A DNA stretch of 61,892 nt, filler included, from Choristocarpus tenellus KU-1152 (lineage: Eukaryota > Protista > Phaeophyceae): NCBI GenBank assembly GCA_964200185.2. It is 14 parts of 14 records of this genome, joined end to end, with 100 filler letters (N's around TTAATTAATTAA, not from the genome) between each part and the next. Parts side by side here need not be neighbours in the genome. Positions count along the whole stretch, not along the records: positions 1 to 4,727 come from CAXNAD020013317.1; positions 4,828 to 9,084 come from CAXNAD020015447.1; positions 9,185 to 14,723 come from CAXNAD020010473.1; 11 more parts are not named here. One strand, written 5' to 3'. The position numbers and the translations under genes were made by a program. The first letter of the stretch is position 1; each line of letters opens with the position of its first letter. Below, one piece after another: positions 1 through 12,112 of the stretch. A model generated the notes under the pieces. It did no database searches. It had not been told where the DNA came from and saw nothing but the letters and a program-made list of their open reading frames with translations.

Positions 1-79
1 CCCACCTAAATATAACCAATCACTCTACAGACACGAAGCAATCTCGCCGGGTTTATCACCTTTATCCTCTTTGATAACA
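1..79 (+). mobile_element. 3' end of a Ty1/Copia LTR (solo or 3' LTR, truncated by window start)
   Basis: caatcactctacagacacgaagcaatctcgccgggtttatcacctttatcctcttt closely matches 59031-59086, just upstream of the Copia gag. It ends in ...TAACA (canonical CA) and is not followed by gag. Confidence 0.7.
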
Positions 80-1910
80 TTATGTTCACCATCATGGACA
101 AAACCGTGTTTGAGAGTATTGGATTGCGATAAATGTTTCAAAGGTGTACTTAGGTACACCGCGTTTTTTCAAAGGCCAAGAGCTTTGCGCTGCACGATCT
201 AATCATACACTACTTAGCATATACCACTGAGCATGTGTTTTTTTCAATGCACTTGATTCGATAACATCGGTTCACAGGAGTGCATCTCATCTTCATTTCA
301 ATCTCCCAATTCCACACACGTTTATGCTGTATTGAGTCTGCACCACGTGTGAAAGATTTTCACACGTCCACGACATATGCACATGTCCGTTAATGTGATC
401 ACCACTAGGGTGAAAATTCTCCAATCTCATGTAAAAATATTTCAAAAGTGGTGCACTGTGACAAATGCTTCAAGGGTCATCATATATACACCTCCATTTC
501 CTTCAGGCTAAATGATTTTTTTATCACTATGTAAGAGCCAAAGCATCTCAGAGGGTAGAGCCGTGTCCATTTGGGGGTCAAAATCCAATGTTGCGATTTT
601 GATGTAATTTTGACTATCGTGTTTGTTAGGAAGTGTCAATGTCCATGTTCTGGACATATATTTTCATAATGTATACATTTTACCTACTCCGAAACATTTT
701 GGAGTAGGAAAATGGCATAAAAAAAACGTGGGAAGTCAAGCTTCTAACAGACAAACAGGGCAAAACTTGTACCCTCTAAGATACTTTCACTCTAATTATA
801 AACGTACTAACATATTCTCTATACATCCATATTTCTCACGCACTACACTCGATAGGATCAGAGTCGAGGACTGCCATCCACTCACGTTCAACCCCCACCT
901 CCGCGCACATTCTTTCGGTGTTTGTGCATCACCTGCTGCCATCCGACAAATCACTTGACCCTACCCTCACAAACTGAACAAAAATTACGAAATTCGTATG
1001 GTAATGCAATTTTGTCATACTCCATTCACATTTGCACGATGCTAGTTTTATTTACCAACATCTCCTTCGTTATATTCGCTTAGTACAATAAGGTCAGGAC
1101 AAACGACTCCGGTTCAATGTTGGGGCCATCCCCTTATTCTTTGCGTCCTCTTCTTACTGTATTTCTGGCTCACTTATTTTAAACATGCAACACCTCAGTT
1201 GTTCCATCCCAAGTTAACTTATAAATGACGATAAAATCTCAATGGGAGAACCGGTTCATTGTGACACCACACCCCACCAGAGCGCAAGAAACATGTTTAC
1301 TTCATTTTCTTACACAGGAATCCCCCTCCCATCTGCTCGCATCTTCTCAAGGCATTTGTCATCTCGTTGCACGTTATAGGTCACAATATTACAAATATTA
1401 ATAACGGATTGCATAAATATCGCCATCAAACAGGAATGGCAATTCCATCCTAAAAAAAAAGGGATACGATAATACTCCTGGCAATGTCTCGTAATCCACT
1501 TTTCTATGCACCACAAAGGACTCTGCTCGCTCTTTGATTGGTTGTCCTCGCAGTGAACCGCACATTCTTGTTACGTTGATGCTCTCAACCTTATCCTGCT
1601 TGGCAAAAATTGTCCTACTACGATCGACACTCGGCCAAACTGCCACCAATTCCAAAATATAAACGCATTTTCATCTAACAGCCATATCGTGATCTCATGA
1701 CCAAAACCTCAAAAAATAGATACACCTGCTATTCTCAACAACTGATAGCATGACAAAACCAAAAATAAAAAAATCTGAAAGGTGCGCCTGTCAACCGAGG
1801 GGTATCCTCACTCCAGTACAATCATGCTTTCCACAATTACATAAGAAATCGTTACATCGAATTCTGGACCCCATTTGGACGGGGCCGTACCCTCTCAGAT
1901 ACTTTGGCTC
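80..1910 (-). mobile_element. Decayed DNA transposon carrying the MITE-family terminus; possible Sola-type transposase relic
   Basis: The minus strand from 1910 begins GAGCCAAAGTATCTGAGAGGGTAC and aligns with MITE-A for ~90 nt, then diverges. Broken minus-strand peptides follow: DGIAIPV*WRYLCNPLLI, HF*NIFT*DW..TDMCICR, HAQWYMLSSV*LDRAAQSSWPLKKRGVPK, GFVHDG. Confidence 0.45.
535..792 (+). mobile_element. MITE type A, copy 1
   Basis: TIRs GAGCCAAAGCATCTCAGAGGGTA / TACCCTCTAAGATACTTTCACTC; 3-bp TSD TAA; seven copies of this type in the window. Confidence 0.92.
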
Positions 1911-2456
1911 CCTTCTGTGAGTGCGAATTAAAATTTGTTGTCTATGAGTTCTTTCCTGAGCACATGTTGAAAGAAGCAGTTGATTTCTCCTCCTCATCCC
2001 GTAAATGAACAACAGGTTCAATATTGATTATTTTTGAACTTCACATAACGGAAGATCAGAGTTTGCACACACCCTGCAAGGATACACAAACATGGTTCTC
2101 GCCCTTGCGACCACATAGTCTTGCCTTTGGGGAGGGATTCATACTCCATCACACCAAGTGTTGAGTGTGCGTAAAATCAGATTTCAACAAAATTTTGCAC
2201 TCCTTGAGAGTATGCATGTTTAAAACTGATTGTGATCAATAACCCCCTGTAACTATGTACTGTCCTTGCCAGACATTCTGCTGTAGAATTTGAGGAAACA
2301 CCATGTGGTTTATGTTAGCCCTCGATGTGCCATACCTCTATTTTATGCACCCTCAGCGTGTACATCTGTGTACTTGCTTCTCTTGTCCCCACAACACCAA
2401 CCCTAGTCCACATTACGTTTGTTTACCTTCTGTGATGATCACCGCATTTTACCCAG

Positions 2457-3199
2457 AGTGTCAAAGTTCCTGGTTGGTGCCGTGGACCAATACGACAAGG
2501 ACAATTTTTTCACAACACTTGCTTGCAGCTGCGAGAAGGTAGCCACTTCTCTGCTACTCTGCCTGGTGTGCATAGAGCTCTCTGACTTCGTGTTTGCCGT
2601 GGATTCTATCCCTGCTATGCTTGGGGTCAGTCAGGTTCGACGCAAGGCAGGAAACCGAGAGACGTAACGGCACTATCACAACTCGTAAAAGGTTTTCGAA
2701 ATGGCACTTTAGTCGTGGTTATTGAATTGAATCGGCTGCAGTTCTGCATCCCCAATTTAGAACAAAGAATAACTACTGTGTTTTGTGCTGGCACCATAAT
2801 CCTCTTTTGCTAATTCCCTTTGGTATCATTTGGATTGCATATGTGTTGCATACTCTCTGTCCACTCCAACCTACAGGACCCCTTTGTCGTCTTCTCAAGC
2901 AACACTTTTGCAACCATGGCCATTCGAAGCATCTACATCATAATTGCCAGGGCAATAAATCAGTTGAATTATCTCAAGCCTGCTCTTGCCTTGGTCTGGG
3001 TTTCGTGGGAGTCAAAAAGATTCTTGAGGTTTTGCAAATCAACATCATCAGCACAGGACTGAGCCTGATTGTGGTGGTGGCTGGCCTGATAGGGGGTGGG
3101 GTGGGACTGAGTGTTGCTAATCACAGCTGGAACGAACGGCATAAGCACAAGGATAGCAGTGATTCATACGTATTTTTAGGTGGGGTTGACTTGGCTTAG
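2457..3199 (+). pseudogene. terC: TerC-family integral membrane protein (thylakoid TERC-like), 3' two exons, frameshifted
   Basis: Exon 2457-2634 (AG/GT bounded) encodes ATSLLLCLVCIELSDFVFAVDSIPAMLGVSQ. Exon 2877-3199 encodes DPFVVFSSNTFATMAIRSIY...LKPALALV, then a frameshift near 2996, then LGFVGVKKIL. ELSDxxFAVDSIPA and DPFVVxSSN are TerC hallmarks. Confidence 0.85.
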
Positions 3200-4727
3200 T
3201 GTATCCATTACTTTTTACAACCCTCTAATAGAGAAGATATGAGATTTGATGCTTAGAAGTACAAGCCTATCCCTTAGTTCTGTTATATTAGCTTCGGTGG
3301 CAATTTTGTTTTTGGAGGAGCAAGAAGGTGCTTGCCTTAGGTACCCTTGTGTGAATATTTCATTTTATCATAAAAGGAAAAATTTGAAGTGAGAGCTGAG
3401 ATGTGTGGTGTACGGTAAATAGATATCTGATCAAGTTTCCCAGAATTATGCGTGGTTTCACTGTGGTGGTGTTGAAAAGGGGAATATGTTCTCTGTTTTA
3501 CCCAAGGATAAGTGTTGATAGAAGTACTAGGCAGAAGCAAAAAATCGATATAGTGGTAGCATATTGAATGTAGCTTGATATTTTCCTATCTCATTGAAAT
3601 GGTACTCTACTCGTGGACTGTATGTGTCTGAAGTGGGATTTCAGGTCAAAATTTGTGAATGTTAGCCGTGGTACATTTTTGTGTCCCCATGCCCCTATTG
3701 ACTTGGACATGTTTTTTATCAAGTATGATACCTGTGTTGACTGGGACCTGTTAGAATGCAAGGGTTTGTGTTTCCCGTTGTGTTTTAATGATCTTGACGA
3801 AAAACACATTTATGAGGAGTGTGCATCGATATGTTTGATGACTAGTGGTCTAATTGTTTTTCACGTAGCCTCAAACTATGTACACCATCACGTCTTACCT
3901 AATATCAAACTTCCGTCCCTACAGTCCCTGCGCTTTTATTCATAGAATCTTGACCATTGAAAGAGGTCTACAGTCCTCTGGGCACTATATCTCTATAATT
4001 CTCAAATGTGACAGACACTTCTAGACTTGACCAGGATAGCATGCAACCAACGAATTGAATTGGAAGGACAAGCGGTGAATAAGAAACTCATACAGCAGGA
4101 ATCAACAGCTCTGCAGTGGCGTATTGAGCGTGACATGTTCCTCAATAGAACAAATAAAGCATTGTGTTAAATCTTTACCGTTAAAATTGTCTGCCATCCT
4201 ATTGGGGCATGACTTGACTCAACTGCTTCCAAGTATAACTTGAAAGTTAGCTGGACTACGAATATGCTTTCGGTCCGTGCAGATGTGTGATGCCTTCCTG
4301 CCATATATTTGAGTTTGGTAGGGGCCTGATCTCACTCAAACTCTCAACAATGTACACCAGGTACCATGTTATCTAGAACTAGAACACAACTAAACTAAAA
4401 TACGAGTCATACATCCCAACACATACACAAAATCTTTGTGGGTACTTCTCCCCATGTACTGTGTCATACCAGGAAATGCGCAACATAACATACAAACACA
4501 CCTCTCTTCTATATTCACCACACAATGTGTCATCAGTGTGTCCTACTTATAGTTGTATCTTCCTGTGAACCCTTATCTGTCAGAGCCTGTTGCCCCCATC
4601 ATGATCCTTTTCATCTCCTTACGCTTCAGTTCGGCAATCAATGTTGCATTATCCTTGTTAAAGAAACTGGTGTTCCCAAGACTTGTGTGTGTAAATTACT
4701 CGATTATTTCCTCATTATGTAGAACAG

Positions 4728-4827
4728 NNNNNNNNNNNNNNNNNNNNNNNNNNNNNNNNNNNNNNNNNNNNTTAATTAATTAANNNNNNNNNNNNNNNNN
4801 NNNNNNNNNNNNNNNNNNNNNNNNNNN
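4728..4827. other. Artificial contig linker (first of 13)
   Basis: N44-TTAATTAATTAA-N44, giving stops in all six frames. Others: 9085-9184, 14724-14823, 18535-18634, 23279-23378, 26570-26669, 30831-30930, 33771-33870, 36836-36935, 40072-40171, 45059-45158, 48377-48476, 58634-58733. Confidence 0.98.
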
Positions 4828-6398
4828 TTTCCAACAAACTGGAGACATGCGCAATTGATGCCCACGAGCAACTCCAAATGTGGGAGAAAGAGAGGAGGGG
4901 GCTTGTAGATGCAGCAGAGGCAGAGAAAGAGAGGTGACTAGCATAAGGGGGAGATGGTGCTGTGTAGTAAGTAGTTTTAGTACATAGGATGGATCAAGTA
5001 CCTCCCTTGTCAAACATGTTTCCCCCAACAAATATGTATATAATACCACTTACTGCAGTGTATCTAGAGCAATCCTTAATATTGTGTATGATGATGTGAT
5101 CCGTGTATCTATGTTGTGCCGAAATATATTGTATTTGCAAGTGTACTGCTGTGTTGTTTTCGCACATTCTCTCTTTGTAGGGCTGACAGCAATGCCTGGA
5201 ACACGATTATCCCATTGTATGCTACCTAATACGTGATGTCTATTGTGTGTGTCAATGCCATCTTGTTCTATGCTCGGAGAGATTGAAAGATACAAATTAG
5301 TAATCGTCAATCGCAGGTTGGAGAGATGATACCCAAATGTGAGTGAATAGACACCCGAGCCTTCTAGTCAAGTGGAAATCGCGATGGGATGCCCACCCTT
5401 TAACTCCCCAGAAGAAGTAATATTGAGAGTTTCTCAAGATTTTCCTTCAGGATAACCTGCACCCTACTGAATGTTAGAGCACATACTTCCCAACATAACT
5501 AGTGAAATCTTAAGCAATGGGAGATCCCTACCACAACAACACGGTGTCGAAAGAAGGTGGAAGATATCAAGCTTGGCTGGGCTCGAAACACTGGATTTGG
5601 TGCAAATAGGAATGCAGTGGCTTTCCATTATGCCTCACCTGCTAAACTCACCAACGCTCCTACACCTTGCTTTGATGCTGCACAAACTACACACAGGGCA
5701 GAGCTGCTCTTGGAACGGACACTGACCACATTAGGCACCACGTGGATGTTGAGGAAACATCTTATCCCGTTAGCCAGGTCCAACTTGAGGAAGTGCTGCA
5801 AACAAATGCATAACTGATGGCAGTGAGTTTGTTCCCAGTGCCTGCTGGTGTAGATTTTCTGCACTGTGCAGTAGGATAGAAACCAGGCTTTGGCATATCC
5901 TTGAGTGCCGAGGGAAATTGCTCATGATCTTGCCTTGACTTTTCATTCCTGATCTATCACTACCACCGTGTTTGAATTTCTTTCTACTTGCTCCCAGGCC
6001 GAAAGTGCACAGTCTTGCCGGCAGCTCACCATGGAACTGTCGGAGTAGAGCTATTTAATATTTTTAACATTTTACCGACTCTTTCCTCCACTGAGAGGCA
6101 CACTTATGCAGCCCTAATTGAAGCTAGTGATGGGCACTAATTCCGTGAGTGTCCTTGATGCACCAAGTGAGCTATCTTCTGCCTAGGCTGGCATGTGACT
6201 TTCCTATAGCGATCCAATTGCATCCTTCCCATCAGGCTATGATTGCAAATACCTGCCTGAAGAGAGACCCTAGATTATTTCTACCAAAGCTTGAGGCTTG
6301 ACTCCTAGCTACATTTGGGTTAACTCTTGTGATAAATACAAGGAATGCACGACATTCCAACTTTGCACAGGTTATATATGTATTCAATGCTCTCAATG

Positions 6399-6657
6399 GA
6401 GCCAAAGTATCTTAGAGGGTAGAGCCGCGTCCATTTGGCGTCCAAAATCCTGTGTTGCGATCTTGATGTAATTTTGGCTATCATGTTTGTGAGGAAGTGT
6501 CAATATCCTTGTTCCGGACACACCTTTTCATAACGTATACATTCTACCTACTCCAAAACATTTTGGAGTAGGAAAATGTCATAAAAAGAGACCAAGGGAA
6601 GACAAGCCACAAATGGACAAACATGAGAAATTCGTACCCTCTAAGATACTCTCACTC
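6399..6657 (+). mobile_element. MITE type A, copy 2
   Basis: Same TIRs and internal sequence as 535-792; flanks AATG/AATT. Confidence 0.92.
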
Positions 6658-8944
6658 AATTTTGTACTACTCCCTCTTTCGTCCGAGTTTCAACAAGTCT
6701 CTCTGCCTCTCTGACTTGGCTATGGCATTGGACCTTTTATCATACTCTTTTAGTGCAAGAGACCTCTAGATACCATCTATTCGTGTTTGATAAGTAGTAC
6801 TACAAGTGAGTTTGGAGCTGATTCTACCACACATCTTCTGGTCAGAAGTGTGCTTGCCACTGCCCAAAACGTTCCCCTTGTCTTCTTGGCAGTCCCAGCA
6901 CGACAAGACTGTGGGTCAACTTGAACACACTCTCAACATCCTTAAGTAATTGGTAGTGAGATGCCAATTTTAGAATGGTCACTTGATGTGGAGTACAAAA
7001 CATCACTCAACACCCATGGGGTGCATGTTGTCAGGGACTGGACGTAGTTTGTTACAGGGGCTACAAAGACTGGGTCAGGGTCGATATTTCACTGCATGTT
7101 GTTACTGTGTTGTGGCCACATATTTATCGTTAGATCTAGTGATAAGACTCAAAGTTGGTACACTAAATAGAGACCTGTGTGTATGTTGAGTGAAGACTGC
7201 CTACTTCAAACCACAATAATATGCCCATGTCGGGGATTGGCCTCGGGCGGTCTTGTGAGCTATCCCCCTGTCATCACCACCTGCGACCAGCCACCCTTCA
7301 CCAACCCTTATGTACTGCTCATCCATTGCAGATTAATAAAGTGATGATGAAAGGCGAGCATGATGACTATCCATCCTGGGAAGAGGGGATCAAGTCCTTG
7401 TCCTCAATCGAGGAGGTAACAATGCCAAGCATGATTTCCTCTGTTCACCTGTGCAAAACACTACTCTGGCCACACCACCATCAACTGTCGATACTCAGTC
7501 TAATCTGTGTGGTATTTGTTGCAGCATTATTTTCTTGTGGCTGGTGCCTCGAAAGATATTGTTGACCTTGACGAAGACTGTGGTTAGGATATGGAGATAC
7601 TTCTTCCCCCAGCCCCTCATCAGGGATGCCCCTCCTGAGGATTTGAGACTCCAAGCGATGATGGCAATGAGGTGAGCACATTGTGGCGGTTCTTCTCTAT
7701 CCTCCTGCCACTGCAATGTGTCTTGCTGTAACAAACTGTTGCCCTTGGAGATTTCTAGCAAGGTGAAGGAAGGCAACCAGTCCTTCAAAGAGATGGTTCC
7801 TTCCTACTGATCATTTTTAGATGGGCTTCCTTCCAGGTATTGAACTGAATTCAGTCAGCCCATTGCAAATACTGACCTCGTGGATGGATGTCGTTTACGA
7901 CTACTTTCCTTTTTAATACATCCCCAACACGGCAACTTGTCCGAAACATGTTCTACTATCACCCACTTCTCTTTGCCTGTATCCTGCAGGAGCTTTAATT
8001 CTGCCCCAAGCTCACATTCTCTCCCCACCTATCCCACGTCCTGCTCCACAACTCTGCAGCAGCGCAATGTAAAACAGTAGTGTGTGCCATTATCATAGTG
8101 TGCACAGTAAGCAGCAGCAACAATGAGCACAGGAGGGTGGACAACTGCGGGAGGCATGCCACTTGTTCACTCTCTCCCTGTGTATTTTTATATGTTTCCA
8201 TTGCACTGTGCTCTTTATTTGTTATTGCTACATTTGTCTTTCATTGAGTCTGGATGATCTTTAGCAGGTCTTAGAACAAGGAATGTTAATGTTTGCTATG
8301 GTATTGTGGTTGTTACTTGCTGGCCTGGAAGGATCAATAGTAGAAGAGGTTTTACTGGGGAGTAGAAACGAAGGTGTGTGCTAGTAACAAAGAGTATTGT
8401 TTTGGTGGTGTAACTGTGTGTGATGCCTGGTGCTCACAGTTCATGGGAATGGAATCTGAGTGGTAGAGTGCGCGTGGGGTGCCTCATCTGTCTAGAATAC
8501 ATCCAGGTCTGGACTTTCTAACTTGAAGAGAGTGCGTTTACCCTTGAATTGAGCTCGATTTATGTGTCTATCTGTCTGTCTAGGAATGCAGTGGCACACA
8601 AGGGTCGTGCACCCACTTGCAATCATGGTACATACCATTTAAAATTTATCCATCGAAGAAAAACATTATTGTTGTTTGGATTAAATATCATTGCTGATGT
8701 CAGATGCAAATGCCTCCGTTGTTGTAAAATGCACTGAGGTGGTCTGACTAGTTGTTCTCTGGATCTAAAGTGTGAAGCTGAGATTATACTGCCATGGTGA
8801 CAAGATCCTCCCCACATGTTTTTCAAAGTATGGGATTGTGGTAGCCAACATTTGAACATCAAAACAGCTATTCATGCCCAGAATACTATTTTATGACAAG
8901 AACTACTCAGTGGAATAAATAAATAATGCACAAGTTTAGTTACT

Positions 8945-9084
8945 GACTCAAAATATCTGAGGGAGGGTGGCGGCTGTCCATTTGGGGTCAATTTTTTCAT
9001 ATCGTGATTTTTTGAGTGATTTGGTTGCATGCGTCGGATGGATAATGTAAGTGTACTTTTCCCGATTTTGACCCAAATGGACAC
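8945..9084 (+). mobile_element. MITE type B (truncated by linker)
   Basis: Starts GACTCAAAATATCTG; internal sequence matches the complete copy at 60804-60987. Confidence 0.88.
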
Positions 9085-9312
9085 NNNNNNNNNNNNNNNN
9101 NNNNNNNNNNNNNNNNNNNNNNNNNNNNTTAATTAATTAANNNNNNNNNNNNNNNNNNNNNNNNNNNNNNNNNNNNNNNNNNNNTTCCCCACAGACTTCA
9201 TCACTGTACCACCTGGTGATGGACTCACCGCTCTCTTCCTGCTTTCCCGAGGTGGTAGAGACCGCAGAGCAGTGCTCCAATGTGGTTGAAGATCAAACCA
9301 CGTTTGTGTGGT

Positions 9313-9572
9313 AAGTCAAATTATCGTAGAGGGTAGCGCCGCGTCCATATGGGGGTCAAAATCCAATGTTGCAATTTTGATGTAATTTTGGCTATTGTGT
9401 TTTGTTAGGAAGTGTCAATATCCATGTTTCAGACACACCTTTACATAACGTACACATTTTACCTACTCCAAAACATTTAGGAGTAGGAAAATGTCATAAT
9501 AAATCCCATGGGAAGTCAAGTCCCAAATGGACAAACAGGGCAAAACTCGTACCCTCTAAGATACTTTGACTC
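9313..9572 (+). mobile_element. MITE type A, copy 3
   Basis: 4-bp TSD TGGT, confirmed by the empty paralogous site near 11196-11213. Confidence 0.93.
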
Positions 9573-9813
9573 TGGTAATGCTTTCAATGCATCTTCCCTC
9601 AGCATCAGTGTTGCAACCACATGATCCATTTCGCGATTTGATCACGCTGCTGCGCCACACTACTCACACTGTCTCATCACCTAACATCGCACTGAGTGTC
9701 ACATGGTACTTGTTTTACCGTCGCATTTCGACAGAGAAGGTGCTAAGGGTAGATCCAGAGGGCAGAGTGGCCTCGGCAGCTCTCCTTGTCCCACCGTCAT
9801 GGTTCATGTTGCT

Positions 9814-10071
9814 GAGTGAGAGTACCTTAGAGGGTATGAATTTCACCCTGTTTGTCCGTTTGGGGCTTGGCTTCCCACAGGTTTTTTACGACATTTTCCT
9901 ACTCCAAAATATTTCGGAGCAGGTAAAATGTATACATTATGAAAAGATGTGTTTGGAACAAGGATATTGACACTTCCTTACAAACACAATAGTCAAAATT
10001 ACATCAAAATCGCAACATTAAATTTTGGCCCCCAAACGGACGCGGCTCTGCCCTCTAAGATACGTTGACTC
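9814..10071 (-). mobile_element. MITE type A, copy 4 (inverted)
   Basis: 4-bp TSD TGCT, confirmed by the empty paralogous site near 10960-10980. Confidence 0.93.
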
Positions 10072-10567
10072 TGCTGTGTAAGTCACGCGTGTGTGTGTTC
10101 ACAGAAAGTGTGCAAGAGGCGTCAAAATGATGTCCGCATATCTTGAGGGGTTTTTTCTGGTATCGCCACAGCGGCCGATCTTGGGCAGCGATGTATCCCA
10201 AACCCGTTTTTTGCAAGGAGTTCAGCCAACCACTATTTTTTTGTCCATTTTGAAGTCGTGATCTTCAAAATTGCCCCGGAGATATTCCTTCGGCGTTTTT
10301 TCCATTCTTTGATCGGGACATAGCTCCCGTTCCCCGAAGCCTGGACATTCGTGGGTACAAACCTTTAAAAGCTCTTGTCATACCCTTTCATTTTATGTAT
10401 ACATCGTTGTATAACTGTTGTGGCGTTCCGGTGAAAAAAAACTACGATTGCCACAGAGGGTGAAGCTATTGGTACCACCTTATTATTTCTATTACCTACA
10501 CATAAGTCCTGCACATTAGGCCTACACATTAGTCTGGGCATTATCCCAACCCATGGTTGATGGGCTA

Positions 10568-12071
10568 AAGTGGTACCAACAGCTTAGCATCCTCTAGCAA
10601 TCTTGCTTTTTCCACTGTCTTTCCACAAGAAGTATACAACATAAATATCAAATGAAAGCTTATGCAAAGAGGTGTTGAAGATTTGTATGTAGGAGTATGC
10701 TAACTCCAGTGAACGGGAACTATGCCCCGATCAACGAATGGAAAAAACGCGGGGGGAAATCTCCAGCGCAATTTGATGGTCACAACTTCAAAGGGTACAA
10801 AAGTGAAGTGGTTGGCTGAATTCCCCGCAAAAAACTAATCCGGGTTATTCCCCTGCCCGTTCATGGTGCTTGTGGCAATACCGACAAAAAAAGAGCAAGA
10901 TTTGCGGACATGTTTTTAGCGTGATTTTCAGACTTTTTGAAAGCACAAACACACATGACCCACACAGCAACAAGAACCACGACGGTAAGACAAGGAGAGC
11001 CGCCGAGGCCACTCAGCCCCCTGGATCTACCATCGGCACCTTCTCTGTCGAGAGGTGACAAAAAACAAGTACCATATGACATTCGGGGAGATGTTAGGTG
11101 ACGAGAAAGTGCTTGTACTGTTGCGCAGCAGCATGATCGAATCGCGCAATGGACCACACGGCCTCGACACTGAAGCCGAGAGAAGGTACATGAAAAGCAT
11201 TACCACACAAACGTGGTGGTTGGATCTTCATCCACATCGGAGCACTGCTATGCAGGCTCTGCCACCCCAGGAAAGCAGGAAGAGAGCGGCGAGCCCATCA
11301 CCAGGTGTGTTGCAGTGATGAAGTCTGTGCGGAAGCCTGGTCACAGCAGGCAAAGGGAGAACCAGAGTGACCGACCGAAGGGAAGGTTGGGGAAGAGAAC
11401 AGTGCGACTGCCTGCCATTGCGCTCAGGAAACGCCTAAGCGAAAACCCGGGTGTAGAATGTCTTATTAGTTGACAGTTGTAGCAGGCCCTAGCTGTTTGG
11501 AAGCTGTGTGAGCGAGAGTGGCTTAGGTGCTCAACAAGGAAATGTGATAGTAAAGGCTCTAACATTGTGAATCCTGTACCTGTGTATGAACAATGAGAGA
11601 GAACATCAAACAGCGCTCGAGATGGCAGCAAGATATGCGATGGTCAGGTCGGAAACTGTGGGTAAATGGGAGAGAGACTTCCTAACCAAGGGCCACATCA
11701 AGGTGTCGAAGCAAGGGCGCTATGAGAGGCGTTTCGTTCTGGACCTCGACGAGGACATCCTTGCCGAGGTCAAAGGGTGGGTGCGCGAACACACAGGAAG
11801 AAAGGGTAGGGAGACTTTCCCCGTGTCTAGTCCCTATACTTCAAGTAATAGTGTATCTGTTTCCACTCTTGGTGACCTACAATCCTGGGTTCGAACCCCG
11901 ATATGACCGCTCTTTCTTCAAAAAAGAAAAAAATGGCGAAAAAAAAACAAAGCCCGTGCTCTGGAGGGCCTTGTGACGGGCATCACGAATACGCTTTTAT
12001 TTTTTAATCTGATATCTATATCAGAAGTTATGACGGGACAAGTCCTGAGGGTGAAGCTATTGGTACCACTA
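10568..12071 (+). mobile_element. Tc1/mariner-like (TA-targeting) DNA transposon, internally deleted
   Basis: TIRs AAGTGGTACCAACAGCTT..CCTC / GAGGGTGAAGCTATTGGTACCACTA; TA TSD. ORF 11586-11906 holds a transposase-like N-terminal segment (TVGKWERDFLTKGHIKVSKQGRYERRFVLDLDEDILAEVKGWVRE); no catalytic domain is seen. Confidence 0.78.
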
Positions 12072-12112
12072 TACACATTCCACTGCTTCTCCTAGTTGAT
12101 ATTGACCAACTG

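Larger units (their letters stand above)
9185..10480 (-). mobile_element. Tc1/mariner-like DNA transposon, left (inverted) copy, interrupted by two MITEs
   Basis: Reverse-complement homolog of 10568-11335; terminus GAGGGTGAAGCTATTGGTACCACCT followed by TA. Confidence 0.8.

Noticed and set aside
4553-4783. ORFs ending in XXXX-LIN or XXXX-N at many places
   Set aside because: They are translations of the artificial linker.
4828-8940. Coding-like decayed sequence
   Set aside because: No recognisable motif in any frame; left unannotated.
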